This document shows, in pieces, positions 7,497 to 16,228 of a stretch of 28,951 nucleotides of DNA (position 1 is the stretch's first letter; every line of letters begins with the position of its first letter). Origin of the DNA: a virus. Both the position numbers and the translations under genes were made by a program. The stretch lies in the IMG/VR virus record IMGVR_UViG_3300005300_000028; one strand, given 5' to 3'. The notes beneath the pieces are model-generated. The model was given only the letters and a program-made list of their open reading frames with translations, was not told where the DNA came from and ran no database searches.

Positions 7497-8879
7497 TCAC
7501 CACAAATCTTTTAACAGCTTACCGTTCACCATAAATGCGTCTTTTCCGATTAAGTACTGTTCTGCTCTCTTCCTGTCTTCAAAGAAGACCATTCTCCACT
7601 TTGCTCCTCTGCCTACATACTCTTTCTCTCTGACACAGAAGATTTCTTCTTTGTCAAGCATTGAAGCCAGTATATCTCTCAGCTGTTCATTGTCTATCTT
7701 TAACTTCCTTGCCAGCTCTCTTCTGCTTATCACACCACCCGACAAGTTGATTATATGCTTTATCTTCTCCTCAATGTCGGACACGAGCTTTAACGGTTGT
7801 TTCTGTTTCGGTGTTGATATCTCAACAATCATATCAAGGATTCTGGCAACAACCCAATCAAAGTAAATCAAGGCCTTGTCGAAATACTCGATGTCGTTCA
7901 CGTGATATATCGGTTCTCCAGCAATTAGTATTGGACTTAACTTAGGGTCGGCAAGTGCTTCAAGAACAGTAAGTTTAAGCAAGTGTTCCCAGCTCGAATC
8001 AAGATAACCACCGTCTTTGTTCATATACTTTTGAACACACAGCTTGTGCAGTTCTTCTGCTCGCTCGTTTATTGCGTCTCTAACTTCTGTGTCAAGTATT
8101 ACGTCGATTTTGTAGTCTGGACCGAAATTCTCTATAAACTTGTGAGCATCTATCATTTTATCAGCAATTGCTTCGCCGATTTTGACCAACTCGTCGTATA
8201 CAGTCTGCATTTTCGTGTCAAGCGGTGGAAGATACTTTGTTAAGTCTTTTGCTGAGATATTAACGAAAAACGTTCTCCTCACAAGCCCCTGGCGGACATC
8301 GTATTCTGTTAAGTATAAATCAGGGTCTTGCATACCGCAAATCATTGTGAAATACAAGCCTTTTGGTATTTTCCTTACGTTCTTTTTCCCTTGTCGTTTA
8401 CTCAAAACTTGTTTATACGTTTCACCGTAGTAAAGCTTGCTCAACATCCCTCTTGCTCCAAACATGTAACGTTGACCTTCGCTTCTTTTCAGCCAAACAC
8501 CAAATTCGTCAGAAATCAGAACGAAATCCTTGATTTTACTGCTCATTTCTTCAATGTAGTCAGCCACACCCTCAATTGTGAATTCTTCAATAAACTTGTC
8601 TTCAACGTTGATATCAATGTTTAGCGTGTCGTAATATTTCTGCCAAGCGATTTCGTAAACTGTTCTGGCATAGTCTATCACTGTTGATTTCCTTGTCAAT
8701 CCTGCTGGTCCACAAAACACAACGAACAAGTTTGGACGTAGTGGTCTCCTGCTTTCGATAACCTGAAAAAATGGTCCAAGAGTTGCTGAAATCAACCAAT
8801 AAGCCGACCCTTTGATGATAACATCTGGAGCGTCGGTATGTTCTGAAACAATCTGAAGAAAATCATCTATCCAGTTCAT
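7497..8879 (-). CDS. DUF3987/YfjI-like AAA+ putative replicative helicase with a C-terminal winged helix
   Basis: Walker A-like GPAGLTRKST, Walker B LISDEFG, arginine-finger-like QGLVRR, and a C-terminal wHTH (ISRRELARKLKIDNEQLRDILASM). Likely start 8879 (GGTGA RBS). Confidence 0.6.
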   Translation of the reverse strand: MNWIDDFLQIVSEHTDAPDVIIKGSAYWLISATLGPFFQVIESRRPLRPNLFVVFCGPAGLTRKSTVIDYARTVYEIAWQKYYDTLNIDINVEDKFIEEFTIEGVADYIEEMSSKIKDFVLISDEFGVWLKRSEGQRYMFGARGMLSKLYYGETYKQVLSKRQGKKNVRKIPKGLYFTMICGMQDPDLYLTEYDVRQGLVRRTFFVNISAKDLTKYLPPLDTKMQTVYDELVKIGEAIADKMIDAHKFIENFGPDYKIDVILDTEVRDAINERAEELHKLCVQKYMNKDGGYLDSSWEHLLKLTVLEALADPKLSPILIAGEPIYHVNDIEYFDKALIYFDWVVARILDMIVEISTPKQKQPLKLVSDIEEKIKHIINLSGGVISRRELARKLKIDNEQLRDILASMLDKEEIFCVREKEYVGRGAKWRMVFFEDRKRAEQYLIGKDAFMVNGKLLKDLW

Positions 8880-9645
8880 TCTCAATCACCTTCTTCCGCT
8901 CCAAGTAGTAAGGATACTCAACTTCTGCTCTTGACTCAGATTTTGGCAATGCTTTCAGAAGTCTCGGGTTGTCATACAAGTTGGCCCTGCAAATCAGCTG
9001 AACAACGTCAAACAGCTTTTTGCCCTGATAGAACTTGTGGACATTGTCAATCAGATAATACCACATGGTACCGTTTGCAAACTCGAATTCTCGTTTCTTG
9101 AAAATGTTTTTCACCTGTTCAAATACGTTTGTTTCACTGTAAGGCATTGAACCAGTCGTTGCCGCAATTATACTCTGTCTGACATCATCGCAAACTCTGT
9201 CAAATTTTACGTTCCCGTAGTGTCTTCTTAGGAACTCTACGATTTCTTGTTTCTTTGGCGGATAAAATCTGATAACCTCGCATCTCCTTTGAATCCAGTC
9301 AGGAATCTTCCATAACTCGTTGGCTGTTAAAACAATCGGATTCTTGCTTATCTCGAAAAGCTTCTTAACATATCTGAAATCTTCGATACCGTCAGCTTCA
9401 TCAAGTAAGATAATGCGATTCTTGAATCCTTTCATCCTTGCCACATTGTAAAGATACTCGAAATCCTCTTTTTTCCTTTCATCACTTGCGTTGAATTCAA
9501 CAACATCCCAGCCAAGTTTTTCTGCCACACAGTATACTGAGTATGTTTTACCGATACCCGGCCGTCCTACAATCAAGACTGGCTTATTTATCCTTACGAG
9601 TTCTTCTATTCTTCTGAGCTGTTCTTGATTTCCGATGAATTCCAA
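8863..9645 (-). CDS. rfcL: Replication factor C large subunit-like clamp-loader ATPase (short form)
   Basis: GRPGIGKT, VVEFNASDER, ILLDEADG, PIVLTAN and RRC; TTG start with a GAGGTGA RBS. Confidence 0.75.
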   Translation of the reverse strand: MEFIGNQEQLRRIEELVRINKPVLIVGRPGIGKTYSVYCVAEKLGWDVVEFNASDERKKEDFEYLYNVARMKGFKNRIILLDEADGIEDFRYVKKLFEISKNPIVLTANELWKIPDWIQRRCEVIRFYPPKKQEIVEFLRRHYGNVKFDRVCDDVRQSIIAATTGSMPYSETNVFEQVKNIFKKREFEFANGTMWYYLIDNVHKFYQGKKLFDVVQLICRANLYDNPRLLKALPKSESRAEVEYPYYLERKKVIENELDR

Positions 9646-9986
9646 GGTCTCACCTCCAGAACCTCAACTAAAAACTTTGCAACCGCATCGGGACAGCTTG
9701 TTGCTCCATTCGGTCTTAGTTCTGGGTGTGGACATCTGATATGTTTTAGTGTATCGACAATGGCTTCTGGGTCAACACCAGACCTTAATGCAACCGAAAT
9801 AACTCTGCCAAGAGCTTCAGCCCAAGCCCTGATACACTCCCCGGGCTTGTCTGCTGTAATGAACACCTCAAGTGGTCTTTCGTCAAACGTAACGGTTATA
9901 TACAGCTTCTTTCCGCACATCAAGCCAAATTTCCCTGTTACATTCGGTAAAGACTTTGGTCTGAGTTTGGGTCTCACAAGCTCCAT
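9606..9986 (-). CDS. Stand-alone TSCPD domain (C-terminal domain of class II ribonucleotide reductase NrdJ)
   Basis: CGKKLYITV...PLEVFI...EALGRVISVALRSGVDPEAIVDTLKHIRC...TSCPDAVAK. Confidence 0.85.
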   Translation of the reverse strand: MELVRPKLRPKSLPNVTGKFGLMCGKKLYITVTFDERPLEVFITADKPGECIRAWAEALGRVISVALRSGVDPEAIVDTLKHIRCPHPELRPNGATSCPDAVAKFLVEVLEVRPWNSSEIKNSSEE

Positions 9987-10669
9987 AACGTTACCCCCTC
10001 CTCATCAAATTCACACCTAATCTGATATTCACACCAAGAACAGTGAACACCTTTGTTTTTAGGCAGATATCCCGTTTCAATCATCCGTTTCATGCGGTTA
10101 ATCTCTTCTTCAATTTCCGGTTCAAGCTTTTTCGGGATTTCTATCACTTTGTTATCTCTGAGATAAACGAATAATATGCGATTAACTTGATATCCTGCCT
10201 TTTCAAGCAAATAACGATATATATTGCCCTGTCTTATATCATCGAGCTTTAGATACAAGAATTTCCCCGTTTTCCAATCTATAATCGTATTGTTGCCGTA
10301 GAAATCAATAATTCCGCTTAAATGGTCTGTAATCTCAATTCTCTGCTCAACAAATTTCGGCAGATATTCTTCCCATGTGTTTAGTCTCTCTGCTTCAAAT
10401 TTAATGAAATTGTTTAGGATTTTCCTTGTCTGCTGGTCACTGCCAACCTCAACACTGACTCTATTAACTAAAGCCTTGATTTCGTCTACGCTCTTTGGCT
10501 TCCCCTGAAGCCTTGTAAAGTAAAGGTAAATGATGAAGTGAATCTTTTTGCCAAATTCCGCTTCAGGATGCTCTATTTTCAGTCCTTCAATCCCTTCGCT
10601 TAGCCAGTACCATCTCTTTGGGCATTGATAGAATAAGTTCAGCTCTGATGGACTGACCACGGGAGTCAC
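9974..10669 (-). CDS. Cas4/AddB-like PD-(D/E)xK exonuclease with a four-Cys Fe-S staple
   Basis: SPSELN..QCPKRW, GKKIH, GIID...IIDWKTG, QGNIY and CSWCEYQIRC. Confidence 0.8.
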   Translation of the reverse strand: MTPVVSPSELNLFYQCPKRWYWLSEGIEGLKIEHPEAEFGKKIHFIIYLYFTRLQGKPKSVDEIKALVNRVSVEVGSDQQTRKILNNFIKFEAERLNTWEEYLPKFVEQRIEITDHLSGIIDFYGNNTIIDWKTGKFLYLKLDDIRQGNIYRYLLEKAGYQVNRILFVYLRDNKVIEIPKKLEPEIEEEINRMKRMIETGYLPKNKGVHCSWCEYQIRCEFDEEGVTLWSL

Positions 10670-11601
10670 CCCGGAACGTGTTTAATGACCCAGCAGTAAG
10701 CTAAGAACCCGATAAGCTGAATCAATGGCGAAGCACCAACAGTACACCGATACTCGAACTCTGCAAGCTTCTCGTATAACTTAATCTTGATTTTCTCGTC
10801 TTCAAGTGTGTCAAGGAACCTGTAGATTTCGTTCACGATTGTGGTGTGGTCTTTGCCCGACATCAGGTAGGCGTCTTCAATTATCTTTTTTGCTTCAACG
10901 AAATTACCGTTCAGAGCCTGTTTTATAGCATTCCTGACCAGATTTAAATCAAGCTCAAGCATCACGCTCTCTTTGGTTATTGTCTTGTGGTTACTGATTA
11001 TTCGCTCCAGCAAGTTTATTGCATACCTCATATCGCCATTTGCTTGCTCAGCAATCATCATCAGTGCTCTCTTGACTTCTTCAGTCATTTCAACCTGAAT
11101 CCCTTCAGCCTTAATGATTTCTAAGATTCTTTTCAAAATCAACTTCTTGTCGATTGGCTTAAACACGAATCGAGCACATCTTGACTTGATTGGTGAAATC
11201 AGCTTGTATTCATAGTTACAGCTCAGAATAAACGTTGTCTCTCCCGATTTTTCCATTATTCGCCTTAAAGCGTGCTGTGCATCTTCAGTTAAAGCATCAG
11301 CTTCATCAAGAAAAACTATGCGTCTTCCTTTGCTCTGTGCCAGTCTCTTGATTTTATTTCTGACCACATCAATTCCTCTTTCATCGCTTGCATTCAGTTC
11401 AACAAAGTGGTTCTGCCATTCATCACCAAACAACTCTCTGGCTATACACATTGCAACAGTGGTTTTCCCTGTTCCCGCCTGACCCACGAACAGCAGATGT
11501 GGTAGCTCTCCTCTTCTAATCAGGTTCTTAATTGCGTTAATCACTTCGTCCTGTCCTACAACCTCATCAAGTGTTTTCGGTCTGTACTTCTCAACCAGCA
11601 T
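10666..11601 (-). CDS. rfcS: Replication factor C small subunit
   Basis: VEKYRPKTLDEVVGQ, GQAGTGKT, ELNASDERGIDVVR, DEADALT..AQHALRR and SRC; ATG at 11601 with a GGAGGTG RBS. Confidence 0.92.
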   Translation of the reverse strand: MLVEKYRPKTLDEVVGQDEVINAIKNLIRRGELPHLLFVGQAGTGKTTVAMCIARELFGDEWQNHFVELNASDERGIDVVRNKIKRLAQSKGRRIVFLDEADALTEDAQHALRRIMEKSGETTFILSCNYEYKLISPIKSRCARFVFKPIDKKLILKRILEIIKAEGIQVEMTEEVKRALMMIAEQANGDMRYAINLLERIISNHKTITKESVMLELDLNLVRNAIKQALNGNFVEAKKIIEDAYLMSGKDHTTIVNEIYRFLDTLEDEKIKIKLYEKLAEFEYRCTVGASPLIQLIGFLAYCWVIKHVPG

Positions 11602-11884
11602 ACTCAACACCTCCCACCTCAAATTCTTCCTCAGCCAGCACAATATACATTGTTACCATTGTCGCAACTATGACTGCAAGCTTAACTTCATCGTCAAGCT
11701 CGAAATCCTCAAACTTCTTGTAATAATCGCAGAGATGTATCTCGTACTTCTGATTGACTATAACATCAACCAGAAGACTAAATACAGTCTCCATTGTTAG
11801 CCGACACACTGACTCTAAATCCAATTTGTCCGTAATCTCGTCTACTTTTTTTAACCGTCTCGAACATCCCTCACAAAATATCAC
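11591..11884 (-). CDS. Hypothetical protein (CxxC near the N-terminus)
   Basis: Operon-embedded ORF with an RBS; no family recognised. Confidence 0.6.
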   Translation of the reverse strand: MIFCEGCSRRLKKVDEITDKLDLESVCRLTMETVFSLLVDVIVNQKYEIHLCDYYKKFEDFELDDEVKLAVIVATMVTMYIVLAEEEFEVGGVEYAG

Positions 11885-11898
11885 GAAACCACCTCCGT

Positions 11899-12558
11899 TT
11901 ATTTTTTACCCAATTCAGTTCTCAACAAACCGTAAATCCGTTTTGCTGTTTTCTCTCCAATACCTTCAACTTGCATCAGCTCACTTATACTGGCATTTAC
12001 AACCTTCTGAATGCTTCCAAAGTGATTTAACAATCTCTCAGCTCTCACTTCACTGATTCCCGGTAGCATAGAGAGAATCCTGATTGCCACGTCTTTATCT
12101 GTGTCGGCTTTGCGTTTTGCAAATCTCGGAAGCCTCGGTTCATTGTTTTCAACTTTCTCGTTCAAGTGTTTTAAAAATAAAGCTGTGTCATACGGTGAAC
12201 TCAACATAACCAAGTTTATAACTCCCTGTGCCCCATCAGGAGCCCGCTTATACAATGCACCAGCCAGAGAACTGATATACTGCTCTTTCTTGATGTTTCT
12301 GAACATTAAAATCTCGTCAATGTAACCTTCAACAACCAGAACCGACAGTGGATAGTTGTAGCTGAGATGATAAAGCTGAGTATGAAGCCTCCCTGATATC
12401 AAGCTGTTCACGTAATCGTTTATTTCCTTGCGTTCAATACAGACATCTCCAACTAAGTAATCGCCAACTTCAAGTACTTTGACCTCTAACGTGACATCCA
12501 TCTTTTCGAGTAACTGATAAACTTTGCTTTTTGTTTCTCTCTCATCAACAACTATCAT
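11899..12558 (-). CDS. xpf: Short XPF/ERCC4 structure-specific endonuclease with tandem HhH (no helicase domain)
   Basis: VDERE, LEVGDY, IERK..DYVNS..GRL..Q and VVEG; HhH motifs LPGISEVRAERLL and VEGIGEKTA. Confidence 0.88.
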   Translation of the reverse strand: MIVVDERETKSKVYQLLEKMDVTLEVKVLEVGDYLVGDVCIERKEINDYVNSLISGRLHTQLYHLSYNYPLSVLVVEGYIDEILMFRNIKKEQYISSLAGALYKRAPDGAQGVINLVMLSSPYDTALFLKHLNEKVENNEPRLPRFAKRKADTDKDVAIRILSMLPGISEVRAERLLNHFGSIQKVVNASISELMQVEGIGEKTAKRIYGLLRTELGKK

Positions 12559-12562
12559 AAAA

Positions 12563-14413
12563 TCACCTCAGCCTGAACAAACCACGACCCTCAATCTCGT
12601 TCCAACTGATATTGGCAATCTCGAGCAATTTCTCAACTTTGCTTCTCACAACAACTTCAATCATCTTGTCATAGTCTATGATGATTTCTGGGAGCTTCAT
12701 GTCGTCAGTAAAGGCTATAACGTCGGTTTTGGGATAGCCTTTGACTCCCTTAACGTATAGAACCTTGATTTTGTCTCCTTTATCAAATCTTGTCCCGAGA
12801 TAGCGATTGCTGTACATTGCGGCTCTGATATGATAAGGTATTCCGCTGTTCACACCGTAAGAAGCCAAGCTTTTCTGAATTCCAATATTTACAGCCAAGT
12901 CAGAAGGCGATACTCTATCATCTCTGATTTTCTTAACGATATCACGTAGGTAGTTTATTATTTCGTCTCGTTTTCCATCCAGAATCATTTCAATGACTTT
13001 TAGCTGAATGTCTTTCGTTATCTCTGCCGAATCCGTTCTTCTGATTTCAAGACCTTTTACATCTATGTAATTCGCTTCTCTGCCTTTCTCCCACACGACA
13101 CGACCGGCATACCTCTTTTTGGTTTCAGGAAGCAATATAATCGGATTAAACACTTTTTCAAATTCCATCTTGAAATAATGTTCTTTGCCAATCAGTTCAT
13201 CAAAGCTTTTTGTTACTTCTTTAGCCAACTGTTCCCCAGTCTTTACACATTCCTCTAAACTGTACTCATCAGGAAGCTTAACGAAAATGCTGTCTGTATC
13301 CCCGTAAACAACCTGAAAACCTCTTTCTTCAAATTGTTTCTTAGCCCACAGTAATCCTTCCCTTGCTTTCTGTGTTACAAGTTCTGCGTTGTCTTTATCG
13401 TATATTCTGCTCCGTTCGTAGCCAATGTAACCGTAAACAGCGTTCAGAAGTTCTTTAGTTACTTGTCGCATATTATACACTTCTTGATACTTATCAGAAC
13501 CGGGTTCGAGTTTTTTCAGTTCTTCATCGAACCTGTTACGCTGTTCGGTGATGAATTTAACCATATCAAGAACCAGACCACAACCGTCTGGAGAAATCTC
13601 GAATGTTAGTAGTATGCTCGGGTAGTATTTACTCATGTCAAAGACAAGAACGTTTTTGTGAAGTCCACCAACTGGGTCAAACACTATCGCTCCTTGATAC
13701 CATTCTCCCGTTGCTTCACGTTTACTTGGAAGCACTACATTTCGTTCTTTAGCCAATCTGAGCAACACTATATCGAGCAGAACCGAAAAATAGAAGCAGT
13801 CGTTTATGTCAGGAGCACCAACGTATTCTTTGAGCGTTATGTAGAAGTCAATGATTTTGTGTTTGTCTTCAATGAGTTTCAGCAGTTCTACATCGTGTTT
13901 GTTGTAAAATATGATTTGTTCAGGGTCATTCTGATACAAGTGCGGTATATCTACTGCTAAAATCGTTTTTCCGTCAAAACCTTCTTTTACGGCAACATAG
14001 CTTAAACTCTTGCTTCTCGGCTTGAATATCCTCGAGTAAGCTGTCATTAGGTCAAAGATTTGAACGTCGGCAAAAACGTCTTTCATGTTGAACTGTTTCA
14101 TCCTGTTTCGCAGATAATTAACGTCAAAATCAACGTTCCAGCCAACGATTAGGTCAGGGTCAAGAATCTTGAGTATTCTGGCAAAAGTGTTCAGCATTTC
14201 AAGTTCGCTTGAGTGGTACAGAATTATGTGGTTATCGATAATTTTGCTTGATTTTGTGTATTTGCTGTGATAAAAAAGAGTTATGTATTTGTCTTCATAG
14301 TTGTCATAGTTGTCGTAAATCGTGATGCTGATTACTGGTTGTTCGGCTTTCTCAGGGGTTGGAAATCTTGTTCCGTCGTGAAGAACCTCGATATCAAGGA
14401 AACACGTTCTCAT
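12563..14413 (-). CDS. polB: Family B DNA polymerase (exonuclease and polymerase domains; N-terminal domain missing)
   Basis: ExoI DIE, ExoII WNVDFD, ExoIII YNKHD; motif A DMSKYYPS, motif B KELLNAVYGY, motif C YGDTDS, and KKRYAG. Confidence 0.95.
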   Translation of the reverse strand: MRTCFLDIEVLHDGTRFPTPEKAEQPVISITIYDNYDNYEDKYITLFYHSKYTKSSKIIDNHIILYHSSELEMLNTFARILKILDPDLIVGWNVDFDVNYLRNRMKQFNMKDVFADVQIFDLMTAYSRIFKPRSKSLSYVAVKEGFDGKTILAVDIPHLYQNDPEQIIFYNKHDVELLKLIEDKHKIIDFYITLKEYVGAPDINDCFYFSVLLDIVLLRLAKERNVVLPSKREATGEWYQGAIVFDPVGGLHKNVLVFDMSKYYPSILLTFEISPDGCGLVLDMVKFITEQRNRFDEELKKLEPGSDKYQEVYNMRQVTKELLNAVYGYIGYERSRIYDKDNAELVTQKAREGLLWAKKQFEERGFQVVYGDTDSIFVKLPDEYSLEECVKTGEQLAKEVTKSFDELIGKEHYFKMEFEKVFNPIILLPETKKRYAGRVVWEKGREANYIDVKGLEIRRTDSAEITKDIQLKVIEMILDGKRDEIINYLRDIVKKIRDDRVSPSDLAVNIGIQKSLASYGVNSGIPYHIRAAMYSNRYLGTRFDKGDKIKVLYVKGVKGYPKTDVIAFTDDMKLPEIIIDYDKMIEVVVRSKVEKLLEIANISWNEIEGRGLFRLR

Positions 14414-14444
14414 AGTTCGCTCCCTCCAGTATAGTCACTGTCTC

Positions 14445-14762
14445 TTAACTTAGTTCAATCCAGTTAGTGAGTCTCTCTAATAGCTCGTTGTGGAGTATTT
14501 TCATCAATGTGAAGGTGTGCACTAAGAATTCGAGTTCGTATTCAGTAGTTTCTGAAAGTGGTAGTTTCACCGGTTTTGTTTTATATACTACTTTGTGTGT
14601 GTTGCTGTCGTCGTCGAATCTGTACTCTATACTACCGTATCTGAACTTGACCTCGACCTCCTCAGAGATTTTCTCTACTGGGTCTCTAATTCTCTCAAAC
14701 AGCTCGTTTATTTCCTTAACAAGTTCTGCTTTCTCCACCTTCACCACCTCCGGCATACACAT
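14445..14762 (-). CDS. Hypothetical protein between the two PolB parts
   Basis: ORF with a GGAGGTG RBS near its start; the true start may be a GTG slightly downstream. Confidence 0.65.
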   Translation of the reverse strand: MCMPEVVKVEKAELVKEINELFERIRDPVEKISEEVEVKFRYGSIEYRFDDDSNTHKVVYKTKPVKLPLSETTEYELEFLVHTFTLMKILHNELLERLTNWIELS

Positions 14763-14880
14763 ATTTCTTACTCCTTACTTTCCACAACCACCTAACACCA
14801 CATTCGCAGTGGTGAACATGACTTCCATTAGGATTTAACGGTAAAGGGATATCTTTACCGCAACGACAAACCCACGTCAT
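14716..14880 (-). CDS. Small Cys/His-rich protein, 54 aa (MTWVCRCGKDIPLPLNPNGSHVHHCECGVRWLWK...), missed by the ORF track
   Basis: ATG overlaps the TGA of the upstream gene (ATGA); CxC...HHCxC pattern. Confidence 0.55.
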   Translation of the reverse strand: MTWVCRCGKDIPLPLNPNGSHVHHCECGVRWLWKVRSKKYVYAGGGEGGESRTC

Positions 14881-15233
14881 ACTGGTCTTACCCCTTTCCA
14901 GCTATTACTTCCATCCCACTCAAACCAAGCCCTGATTCCCGTGTCTATCAAGAATCTAACAACATAGGGAATGTCGGCTTCGTAATCATCGGGATTTCTG
15001 AGCTTAGGCACATTCCCGGGATGGTCTACGTAGATTTTGTAGACCTCTTCGCCTTTGTTTGTCTTGAATCCTTTCTCAACCTTCACTACGTGCTCAGAGT
15101 CAGGGATTGTCTTGCTGTAGTAATACGGATAGAAGTCTTCAATTACTATTCTGTGCTTTTTCCCTTGTTCATCTCTCGCAAATAAGATTATCTTCCGTCC
15201 ATCCGCCTTGATATTAACCAACTTCAACCTCAT
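14877..15233 (-). CDS. Free-standing N-terminal (uracil-recognition) domain of archaeal PolB
   Basis: DFYPYYY, DHPGNVPKLR and YEADIPYVVRFLIDTGI match the archaeal PolB NTD motifs (F.PYFY, HP..VP..R, EyDIPF..RyLID). Confidence 0.8.
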   Translation of the reverse strand: MRLKLVNIKADGRKIILFARDEQGKKHRIVIEDFYPYYYSKTIPDSEHVVKVEKGFKTNKGEEVYKIYVDHPGNVPKLRNPDDYEADIPYVVRFLIDTGIRAWFEWDGSNSWKGVRPV

Positions 15234-16228
15234 CACCAATCACACTCCTTTCCGAGACAGTAACCTAATGACCGTAATTTTCTACAGCTGTAAGGCTTTA
15301 AACAACCATTATAAACCTTCTGTGCAAGGTGATTAACGTGATATCTCGTTATTTTCTCGTTAAAGTCAACCCAACCAAGCTGTTTGTAAATTTCAACAAT
15401 CTCATCAACCGTAAAGCCATGTAGCAAATCAATAGTTGCCGCAGTCCTGATTTCGTGTGGTGGCTCTTCTTGGATTATTTGCTTGTAAAGACAAGGTCGC
15501 AAAACAAGCTTTAGCAATCTATTGTCTACATACTTTGATGTAGAGCTTTCAGATTGGACAGTCTGCGGTGTTAAGGCAAAATCGTAATAAGCATCCGTTG
15601 TTTCGAACTGGTCTACCGTTATAGTGCGTTTTATCTGATATTCGTACTCGTGGGGCTCTTTTATGTGGTTTAAAAACTCATCAAGACTCATATAGCTGAA
15701 ATCAGGTGGTAAATACGTGCAGTAGGTTTTACATTCAATTCTCATCGTGTTCGGGATTCTTGTCATTCGTCTCAAATCGCCAATAACCCTTGTGTCGAAA
15801 ATAGACCGTTTATAACCGTTTTTCTCAACATAGAACTTCCCTTCATCTATAATCGTAAACGCAACTTTCCTTATTGTTGCGATTGCCTCATCAAGTTGTT
15901 TAAACCGTTTAGGCTTAAACAAAACGTAGAAATGAAAACCTTTCTTGCCAGAAGCGACGGGAACACAGCTTAAGTTAAGTTCTTCAGTTACAAACTCATA
16001 AAATCGCCAAGCAGTTTTGATATCGAGATAATCAAGGTCAAAGAAGATTTTATCAATGCGATAACTTAAATCATAAACAGACACAAAACAGTCCCGAATC
16101 CCGTTATTTTGATTTACAAACCTCAAAAACTCCTGATAACCTCTAATAACCTTTCTATATGGGTTCCCAACCTCTCTAAAAAATGGAGAAAATAAAACTC
16201 TTATCATCTCTGACCCTCTTGCGTTCAT
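15233..16228 (-). CDS. Archaeo-eukaryotic primase: PriS catalytic domain fused to a PriL-CTD-like Cys domain
   Basis: FFDLD (DxD), SGKKGFH and D..RMTRIPNT; C-terminal RPC...PPHEIR...DFNEKITRYHV...YSC..L..LGYC. Confidence 0.8.
   Translation of the reverse strand: MNARGSEMIRVLFSPFFREVGNPYRKVIRGYQEFLRFVNQNNGIRDCFVSVYDLSYRIDKIFFDLDYLDIKTAWRFYEFVTEELNLSCVPVASGKKGFHFYVLFKPKRFKQLDEAIATIRKVAFTIIDEGKFYVEKNGYKRSIFDTRVIGDLRRMTRIPNTMRIECKTYCTYLPPDFSYMSLDEFLNHIKEPHEYEYQIKRTITVDQFETTDAYYDFALTPQTVQSESSTSKYVDNRLLKLVLRPCLYKQIIQEEPPHEIRTAATIDLLHGFTVDEIVEIYKQLGWVDFNEKITRYHVNHLAQKVYNGCLKPYSCRKLRSLGYCLGKECDW

Noticed and set aside
8614-8799. Alternative-frame minus-strand ORFs (8614-8799, 21200-21418, 25144-25359)
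   Set aside because: They are nested inside larger genes with clear motifs; 21200-21418 is an out-of-frame reading of the acidic repeat linker.
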